From the NCBI GenBank assembly GCA_017609465.1, contig JAFCDX010000001.1, positions 26,459 to 90,458 on the forward strand: a stretch of DNA of 64,000 nucleotides. Direction: 5' to 3'. Below the pieces are notes generated by a model. It worked only from the letters and a program-made list of their open reading frames with translations, ran no database searches and was not told where the DNA came from. Within the stretch, counting starts at the first letter, position 1. The number at the start of each line of letters is the position of its first letter. Shown in pieces: positions 57,511-64,000 of the stretch. A program made the translations under genes and the position numbers. This DNA is from Candidatus Woesearchaeota archaeon (GTDB lineage Archaea; Nanobdellota; Nanobdellia; SCGC-AAA011-G17; JAFCDX01).

Positions 57511-57713
57511 TTATTCTTTACCTCCTTGTCTTTTTGTTTTGAATATGTAATTATTCTTGCCATTGTTTTTCTTATAGCTCTTATTCTTCCTGGATTTTCA
57601 GGAGGGGTCCCTGATGCTCTTTGAGCATTAAGCTTCATTATATCCCTTCTTAATTCATTTAACTTTGAATCAAGCTGTCTTTTGTCTAGTTTTTTTAGTT
57701 CTGCTTTTTTCAT
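57507..57713 (-). CDS. rpl29: Ribosomal protein uL29
   Basis: NPGRIRAIRKTMARI. Confidence 0.95.
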   Translation of the reverse strand: MKKAELKKLDKRQLDSKLNELRRDIMKLNAQRASGTPPENPGRIRAIRKTMARIITYSKQKDKEVKNK

Positions 57714-58362
57714 TTTTATCTTCCTTAATTTCTTTTGGCTCCTCTTTTAACTCCTCTAATGAAATTTTCTTTATCTCTACCTTATCAGGTAATTGGGTAT
57801 CTGGATGCAATATTGAAACTTTAATGCCTATTGAACCAGATCTTAAATTTGCAACCGAATATGCTTTCAATACTTTATTCTGTGCAATGTCTCCTGATTT
57901 TTTTAGATAACCCGCTGAGAATCTCCATGTTTTTGCTCTTGTACTTGGAACTCCTCTTCCAGAAATAACTATCTCTGCCCCTAATGCCCCTGCCTTTATT
58001 ATTTCTTCCAATATCCTATAACCTATTGACTTGAATCTCTTTGGTCCAAATCTTTCAAACAATAAAACTATTCTTTTTGCTATAGATTGTGCATTCAATG
58101 ACGGATTTTCAATTTCACTCACTTCAATTTGTGGATTCTCCATATTAAATTTTTCTTTTAATAATTTAGTTAGATTTTGAATATTAGAACCTCTTGAACC
58201 AACAACCAAACCTGGTTTTGAAGTATATATTATTATTTTCTCTCCCATGGGTGTTCTTTGTATATCAGTATGGCTATACGAGGCTCTGTTTAAAAAAGAA
58301 TATATGAATTCCTTTATCTGATTCTCTTTCACGTTTTGCTTAATTATTTGTTTTTCTATCAT
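57670..58362 (-). CDS. rps3: Ribosomal protein uS3
   Basis: KPGLVVG, GAEIVISG; likely start MIEK at 58362. Confidence 0.96.
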   Translation of the reverse strand: MIEKQIIKQNVKENQIKEFIYSFLNRASYSHTDIQRTPMGEKIIIYTSKPGLVVGSRGSNIQNLTKLLKEKFNMENPQIEVSEIENPSLNAQSIAKRIVLLFERFGPKRFKSIGYRILEEIIKAGALGAEIVISGRGVPSTRAKTWRFSAGYLKKSGDIAQNKVLKAYSVANLRSGSIGIKVSILHPDTQLPDKVEIKKISLEELKEEPKEIKEDKNEKSRTKKTRQKTA

Positions 58363-58768
58363 TTTTATTTTCAGGTTCACTTACTTCAATTTCAATATGA
58401 GTTCTTTTCATAAGCCTCCTTCTTTTTCTTCCAAAATGAAATTGTTGTGCTCCTTTGTTTGCTATTATTTTTGTTATTATGAGGTTTTTTGAATCCATGC
58501 CTTTATTCTCTGCGTTTGCCTGAACTCCTTTTAATAAACTAAGTATTTCCTGTGTTGCTTTTTCAGGATATCTTCCCGATGCAATTCCTGGCTTGTGTCC
58601 TGTATCTCTGTTATATCTTTTGAATGGAATAGCTGTTTTTTTATCCAAGACAGACTGAAGTATATTTTGTGCTTTCAAAAGATTCTTGTTTCTAACAAAA
58701 TTGCAAATCTCAACACTTTGTTTTATTGAAATTCTCAGGTCCTTTGATATTAATTTAGCTGATTCCAT
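58340..58768 (-). CDS. rpl22: Ribosomal protein uL22
   Basis: GRYPEKA, NAENKG, THIEI. Confidence 0.96.
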   Translation of the reverse strand: MESAKLISKDLRISIKQSVEICNFVRNKNLLKAQNILQSVLDKKTAIPFKRYNRDTGHKPGIASGRYPEKATQEILSLLKGVQANAENKGMDSKNLIITKIIANKGAQQFHFGRKRRRLMKRTHIEIEVSEPENKNDRKTNN

Positions 58769-58769
58769 T

Positions 58770-59165
58770 TTATTTCACTGATGCGGCCGCACTAGATTTT
58801 GTAGCTCCAATACCTGGGGATGAATGTACAACCTTTTTACGTGTTTGTGAAAATTCCCCTAACCTATGTCCAATCATCTCTTCAATTATAGTAACTGTCT
58901 CAAAAGATTTACCATTATAAATTCCAAATGTCAATCCAACCATGGAAGGAAGAACTATCATACTACGACAATGTGTCTTTAATGGTTTTTTTATTCCTTT
59001 TTCCTTATATTTATTTATTTTATTAATTAATTTTTTTTGATTTTCTGTTAATCCTCTTGTGAGTGTTCTTCTCTGTCTTGCAGGAAGCAATTTAGCAAGA
59101 TCCTGAATACTCATATTTTGCAATTCACTTATGCTTTTTCCTCTATATTTGAATTCTTTTGCCAT
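58770..59165 (-). CDS. rps19: Ribosomal protein uS19
   Basis: KTHCR, MIGHRLGEF. Confidence 0.97.
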   Translation of the reverse strand: MAKEFKYRGKSISELQNMSIQDLAKLLPARQRRTLTRGLTENQKKLINKINKYKEKGIKKPLKTHCRSMIVLPSMVGLTFGIYNGKSFETVTIIEEMIGHRLGEFSQTRKKVVHSSPGIGATKSSAAASVK

Positions 59166-59166
59166 T

Positions 59167-59892
59167 TTATTTCTTCTTTTTACCTGTTCTTTTTGCTTTT
59201 ATTTGTCCTACGTTTGCACCTGGAGCCGCACCCCATTTAGGAACACTAGGTCTTCCCTTATGCCTTCCTCTTCCAGAACCAAAAGGATGGTCATACGAAC
59301 TCATTGCCACAGGTGATGTTCTAGGATATAATTTATTTCTTGCTTTCATAGCATGATATCTTTTTCCTGCTTTTACAAAAGGCTTGTCTTCTCTTCCTCC
59401 CCCCGCAACAACACCAATAGTTGCTCTGCATGAAGGATGCAATGAAATTGATTTCTTTGAGGGTAATTTTAAGGTTATGCTATCATCTGTCTTGTTTGTT
59501 ATTCTTGCAAAAGTTCCAGAGGATCTCAACAATTTTCCACCATCTCCAGGATTTTTTTCAAGACAAAATACCTGAATACCTTCAGGGATATTTTTTAAAG
59601 GAAGTATATTTCCTGTTTTTATTTTAGCCTCATTTCCTGAATTTATTATCATCCCTTCATATATTCCTTCTGGAGCAACATGGAGACAAGTTTCTCCATT
59701 ATTATATTTTATTTTCATTAAAGGTGCGGAATGTCCTCTTGAATTTATTAATTCAACAACTTTTCCGGATAATTTTCCTTCTTTATTAGTATCAATTAAA
59801 TTGTACTTTATTTTTCCAGCATACCTGTGGCTAGGAGAAGTATATCTCTTTGTTCCACTTCCACGCCTTTGTTGTATGATTCTTTTTCCCAT
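59167..59892 (-). CDS. rpl2: Ribosomal protein uL2
   Basis: MGKRIIQQRRG, GDGGKL, DHPFG. Confidence 0.97.
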   Translation of the reverse strand: MGKRIIQQRRGSGTKRYTSPSHRYAGKIKYNLIDTNKEGKLSGKVVELINSRGHSAPLMKIKYNNGETCLHVAPEGIYEGMIINSGNEAKIKTGNILPLKNIPEGIQVFCLEKNPGDGGKLLRSSGTFARITNKTDDSITLKLPSKKSISLHPSCRATIGVVAGGGREDKPFVKAGKRYHAMKARNKLYPRTSPVAMSSYDHPFGSGRGRHKGRPSVPKWGAAPGANVGQIKAKRTGKKKK

Positions 59893-59893
59893 T

Positions 59894-60151
59894 TTACATC
59901 AATCCCAATTGTGTTATTATATCCATTGCTGGATTTTCAGGAGATAATTTTACATATGCTCTCTTTTTCCCTTTTGGTGTTATTAAAGTATTAACGCTAT
60001 CCACCTTAACCTTGAACATTTCTTCAACAGCCTTTTTTATCTCTGGTTTTTTTGCTTTTAAATCCACAACGAACAATATTTTATTCTCTGACTCAACCAG
60101 TCTTACTGCCTTTTCGGTCACTAAAGGATATTTAAGTATTTGTCTTTGCAT
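59894..60151 (-). CDS. rpl23: Ribosomal protein uL23
   Basis: [13 protein letters not shown]...KRAYV. Confidence 0.97.
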   Translation of the reverse strand: MQRQILKYPLVTEKAVRLVESENKILFVVDLKAKKPEIKKAVEEMFKVKVDSVNTLITPKGKKRAYVKLSPENPAMDIITQLGLM

Positions 60152-60965
60152 TTTCTGTTTTCTCCTTCTTTATATTTAAAAATAATTTGTTCTTATCAAG
60201 ATTCTCTATTGCTCCTTCTGTATATATAGTCAATCTTGAATGGTCTATTCCAGGTGAGATTAATTCTGTATTAATATTTTTCATTTCCACAACATCAAAA
60301 CCAGGAACATTTTTTATGGACTTCATCAAATCACATTTTTTTGAAACAACTATCAAAGGTCCTTTTTTTATCTTGTATTTTCTACCCCTCATCTTTCCTT
60401 TTCCGGACCTTATTTTCTTCTTTTTTGTTCTATCCAATTCTTTTTTTAATTTCAAATTATCAAGAACTTTTTCAAAATCCTTTACCTTTTTTATATCTTC
60501 AAATTTATTTTCTAAAACTATTGGAAGATTATATTCTCTTGCAACTATATTTTTGTCTAAAGTTGATGCCAAAGCACTTCTTGTTGCTTTTCTTTTTTCT
60601 TTGATATTTATTTTTTGATCCCAAATCTTTTCTGCTTTTGGAGGATGAGCTCTTCTTCCGCCAACCATTCCTGGAGCAAAAGCACCCACCCACATAAATT
60701 GGGTTCCTCTTCTCCACATTGTTTTTCTTGGAACTCTTGATATTCCTCTGTTATAAGCCCCTTTGTAATTGTGCCTTCTTCTTGATAATTTTGATGATTG
60801 TCTTTTTCCTGCTTCAGGATTAGCACCATATTTTTGCCTTCTTAGACTCCTTATTGCCAATATGGTTCTTTTTATAAGGTCAAGCCTGTATTCCTCAGAG
60901 AATTGTTTGGGCAAATCAATGCTTTTCAATTTCTTCCCTTCCAAACTTAATACGTCTGCTTTCAT
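60132..60965 (-). CDS. rpl4: Ribosomal protein uL4
   Basis: [24 protein letters not shown]. Confidence 0.97.
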   Translation of the reverse strand: MKADVLSLEGKKLKSIDLPKQFSEEYRLDLIKRTILAIRSLRRQKYGANPEAGKRQSSKLSRRRHNYKGAYNRGISRVPRKTMWRRGTQFMWVGAFAPGMVGGRRAHPPKAEKIWDQKINIKEKRKATRSALASTLDKNIVAREYNLPIVLENKFEDIKKVKDFEKVLDNLKLKKELDRTKKKKIRSGKGKMRGRKYKIKKGPLIVVSKKCDLMKSIKNVPGFDVVEMKNINTELISPGIDHSRLTIYTEGAIENLDKNKLFLNIKKEKTENAKTNT

Positions 60966-61906
60966 TTTCTAATTGAATTTATTTCATAATTCTCCTTAAC
61001 CTTTGGCTGTCTTATTGAATGTGAAAACTTAATTAATCTTTTTTTAGGGCCTATAACAGATCCTTTTATTAACAAATAATCATTTTTTACATTTCCATAT
61101 TTATGTATGTCTTTCATATTTTTTATATTTTCAGGATTAACAGCTAATAATAATTTATTATATTCTGTTCTTGTGTGAAAACCCATTTGACCGTGCTGTG
61201 GGACCCTCCAATCTGTTTTTCTTGGAGTAAACGATCCTAAATTCCCTGTAGAACGTCTCTTTTTTTCTGATTTATGGCTTTTTAAAGAAATCCCGAATCT
61301 TTTAACAGGTCCTTGGAATCCTTTCCCTTTTGTAATTCCGTGAACATCAACAAAGCATATATTATTAAAAACATCTGTTAGCTTCAATTGTTTTCCAAGC
61401 ATTTCCTTAGCGAATTTTTCTTTTTCTTCCTTGCTTCCTGACAATCCAATTTCAACAATTTCAGGTTTTTTCTTTCCAATGCCAGTAAGTTTTGGATTTG
61501 TATGAGCCAATAAACGAATATCATCATATTCTTTTATTTCTTTATGATTAATTTTTTTAGGAACCTTTAATTTTCTTTTTAATTCTTTGTCAACTTTGTC
61601 AGAAACATGTTCAGAAATCAACCTTAAACCATAATAAGTTTTTTTATAATAACGGATTGAAAAGACATTTAACGGGGGACACTCAAGAATTGTGGCTGGA
61701 ATTGAAATTTGAGAACCTTTTGTTGGAGAATTAGGTGTGTTGTTTTGAGCAAGAACTTGGACCATACCCACCTTGTAGCCAGCAAACATTAAGGGTTTAA
61801 AATCATTGATATTGAGCCAAGACCTAACTCTAGCAATAGCTCTCTTGGCTCTCTTTCTAGGCCAAAACTGCAAACTTCCTGATCTTGATTTATGCTTTCT
61901 TGCCAT
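60962..61906 (-). CDS. rpl3: Ribosomal protein uL3
   Basis: GSLQFWPRKR, GYKVGM, TKGKGFQG, GQMGFHTRTEYNK. Confidence 0.97.
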   Translation of the reverse strand: MARKHKSRSGSLQFWPRKRAKRAIARVRSWLNINDFKPLMFAGYKVGMVQVLAQNNTPNSPTKGSQISIPATILECPPLNVFSIRYYKKTYYGLRLISEHVSDKVDKELKRKLKVPKKINHKEIKEYDDIRLLAHTNPKLTGIGKKKPEIVEIGLSGSKEEKEKFAKEMLGKQLKLTDVFNNICFVDVHGITKGKGFQGPVKRFGISLKSHKSEKKRRSTGNLGSFTPRKTDWRVPQHGQMGFHTRTEYNKLLLAVNPENIKNMKDIHKYGNVKNDYLLIKGSVIGPKKRLIKFSHSIRQPKVKENYEINSIRK

Positions 61907-62007
61907 TTTATTTTGCCTTTACAGGCGGTTTATAAATCTTTCTAGAATCAGCGACTGTTTACAGTAGGGTAAAATCTTAAATAATATGTTATTTATAAAG
62001 ATTTCTA
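61907..62007 (-). promoter_or_regulatory. Upstream region of the r-protein superoperon: two TTTATAAA boxes and two CTGTAAA hairpins
   Basis: TTTATAAA at 61929-61936 and 61992-61999; inverted repeats at 61915-61926 and 61954-61965. Confidence 0.45.
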
Positions 62008-62490
62008 ATGTTATTGAGTAAAAAATTTTTTGAAAAAAAGGCAAGAATTACAGCAAAAGAGCTAATTGGAAAGATAATTGAGTATAATGGAATTAAAGGA
62101 ATAATAACAGAAACAGAAGCTTATGAAAACGATGAAGCAAGCCATGCTTTTAAAAAAACAAAAAGGTCTGAACTAATGTACGATACTTATGGAAATATTT
62201 ATGTTTATATGATATACGGGTTTTATCATTGTTTAAATATTACTTGTGACAAAAATGGTCCTGGGGCAGTATTGATAAGAAAAATAAAACCCTTGAATGA
62301 TATTGATGAAAATGAATTGGATGGTCCTGGGAAATTATGCAGAGCTCTTAATATAACAAAAGAAATTAACGGGACTAAGATAAATGATAAAGTAAAAATA
62401 TATGATTCTAATTATAAATTCAAGATTAACAAAGGTTCAAGAATAGGCATTAGAAAAGCAAATAATTTACAATGGAGATTTTTTATTTAA
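62008..62490 (+). CDS. mpg: DNA-3-methyladenine glycosylase (MPG/AAG family)
   Basis: ETEAY, YVYMIYG, AVLIR, GPGKLC, RIGI. Confidence 0.95.
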   Translation: MLLSKKFFEKKARITAKELIGKIIEYNGIKGIITETEAYENDEASHAFKKTKRSELMYDTYGNIYVYMIYGFYHCLNITCDKNGPGAVLIRKIKPLNDIDENELDGPGKLCRALNITKEINGTKINDKVKIYDSNYKFKINKGSRIGIRKANNLQWRFFI

Positions 62491-63298
62491 AACTCTTGCT
62501 CAAACTTTCTGTCCAAAAACTGGGCAATCCAGATTTTATGAAACCCTTAAATTCTTCTGAATAAATATAACTCAAACCTTGTCCATGTTTCTTGTGATAA
62601 TTCTCAAAATCATCTTTTATTTTTGTATAGGTGTTTGATATTATTTTTCTTTCAGTTTCATGCTGAAACAAATCAAACTTCTTGAATATTACAAAGCTAC
62701 TTTGTCTTATGAAATTCAAATCAATGTTCGAAGAGTTCTGCAAAACTGCCAATATTGAAATCCCCTTGTGCCTTCTTATATTTAATAAATTGGAAAAAAG
62801 AACATTGAACTTGCTCATGCTTCTTCTTGCACTTAATGATATTCCTGCTTCATCCAAAATCAATAGAGAATTATTTTTTATTTTATCTATATCTTCAATT
62901 TCAACATGTTCTATCCATTTTGGCAATTCATTCCTGGAAAATCCAACTGCATATATTTTTTTATTCTTAAATGATTTTAAATTCTCTGCCAATAACATTG
63001 CAAAACTGCTTTTTCCAGTTCCTGCACCCCCAACAATAAGCCCAATTTTGGATTTGTCTAATAAATTCATAAAATTACTAAAATCCCCTTCTGAATTTAA
63101 TATTTCAATCTCATTTTCTTTTACAGAACCGGGTCTTTTTTTGTATTCCTTTTTTTCTTTTATTTTATTCTTTGATTTTTTAACAGAATTATAGGAAAAT
63201 TTTGCTGTTTTTGATATGCCTTTTACAATAAATTTTGCGATATTAAATCCTAATTTCAGGCTTTTTGATAATAATGATTTTTTCTTTTTTCTTGGCAT
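62483..63298 (-). CDS. P-loop NTPase (Zot/FtsK-HerA-like)
   Basis: Walker A GGAGTGKS, Walker B LLILDEAG, RHKG...LQ...IR. Confidence 0.75.
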   Translation of the reverse strand: MPRKKKKSLLSKSLKLGFNIAKFIVKGISKTAKFSYNSVKKSKNKIKEKKEYKKRPGSVKENEIEILNSEGDFSNFMNLLDKSKIGLIVGGAGTGKSSFAMLLAENLKSFKNKKIYAVGFSRNELPKWIEHVEIEDIDKIKNNSLLILDEAGISLSARRSMSKFNVLFSNLLNIRRHKGISILAVLQNSSNIDLNFIRQSSFVIFKKFDLFQHETERKIISNTYTKIKDDFENYHKKHGQGLSYIYSEEFKGFIKSGLPSFWTESLSKSFK

Positions 63299-63325
63299 AA
63301 AAATTAAAGGACAAATAATTTTAAA

Positions 63326-63541
63326 TTACTTTCCATCAGGAATTATATTATATTCATATAAGCCAGGACATAAAAAAGTATCTTTGTAAACTTGATCAGA
63401 AAGTCCGTCGTTCATACATATATTCTCAACTATTTTCGCTAAAGCTTCCTCTCCATCTTTATCTAAGACTTCCTTTAATATTTCACAGTTCTCATATAGA
63501 ACACATAATTTTGGGAATTTTCCTTTCATAATAAAATACAA
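63326..63541 (-). CDS. Hypothetical small Cys-containing protein
   Basis: 71-aa ORF with four Cys. Confidence 0.45.
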   Translation of the reverse strand: MYFIMKGKFPKLCVLYENCEILKEVLDKDGEEALAKIVENICMNDGLSDQVYKDTFLCPGLYEYNIIPDGK

Positions 63542-63579
63542 ATAAAAAAACTTATAAATTTATATCTTATTAAAAACAT

Positions 63580-63849
63580 ATGAAAAAACAGTTATTAATA
63601 ATAATATTATTAGTATTTATGGCTGCGTGTAGTTCGCCAGACCCAAATTCATGTGAAACAAGCCAGGATTGTATAGACAAGGCTTCTAATGGATTGTTAA
63701 AGCCATTGCAAGAAGATGGAAATTGGGTATGTGAAGAAAACACATGCAAATGGAACGTAACCATTAATAAAGATATTACAGGAAAAATAACAGACGATGA
63801 TAATGTAATTAATATAGTTGCCGGAGAAGGAGAAACCAAAGGTTTTTAA
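63580..63849 (+). CDS. Small lipoprotein
   Basis: MAAC lipobox-like; CETSQDC...WVCEENTCKW. Confidence 0.7.
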   Translation: MKKQLLIIILLVFMAACSSPDPNSCETSQDCIDKASNGLLKPLQEDGNWVCEENTCKWNVTINKDITGKITDDDNVINIVAGEGETKGF

Positions 63850-64000
63850 TTATTTATTGTAAATCTTTTTTCTGAGCACATAACAATCATTAAATTATTT
63901 TCTCTATCATACATTGAAAAAGACTTGAAATCCTGTTCTGAAGGTATACAAAACAATCTTGGATGGCTGTGCAAGGATACAATGCTGTCATAACACGGTT
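63846..64000 (-). CDS. Partial JAB/MPN-domain protein (3' end only)
   Basis: Not in ORF track. PCYDSIVSLHSHPRLFCIPSEQDFKSF...; HSHP-x-PSxxD JAMM motif. Confidence 0.65.
   Translation of the reverse strand, partial: PCYDSIVSLHSHPRLFCIPSEQDFKSFSMYDRENNLMIVMCSEKRFTINN

Noticed and set aside
1..64000. CRISPR array, rRNA, IS element, stop-codon reassignment
   Set aside because: No regularly spaced repeats, rRNA-like stretch or transposase seen; conserved genes are intact under the standard code and use all three stops

Overview
AT-rich archaeal chromosome segment with the hallmarks of a DPANN (Woesearchaeota/Pacearchaeota-like) genome: fused PriS-PriL primase, class I LysRS, archaeal ribosomal proteins, few metabolic genes and many Cys-rich surface proteins. 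The right third is the L3-to-L14e ribosomal superoperon (with aIF1, Rpp29, SecY, EMC3/DUF106), continuing into prefoldin and primase. The rest mixes housekeeping genes (PCNA, TFS, Sec11, RpoL, aMBF1, ScpB, aRF1, ValRS, CysRS, LysRS, Cbf5, Hjc) with cell-surface genes. Main points missed by the ORF track: (1) a tRNA-Phe(GAA) split by three introns with BHB-like junctions; (2) a repeated cassette of 'class III signal (pilin-like) gene + large secreted protein', two copies sharing an 86-bp near-identical promoter/signal block; (3) a 55-aa histone-fold gene and L39e; (4) TFS apparently starting at ATT; (5) a multiply frameshifted GNAT-like pseudogene; (6) a recurrent TG(K/N) motif next to membrane anchors. 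No CRISPR array, rRNA or transposase was seen. All family calls are from motif recognition by eye; no database searches were run.
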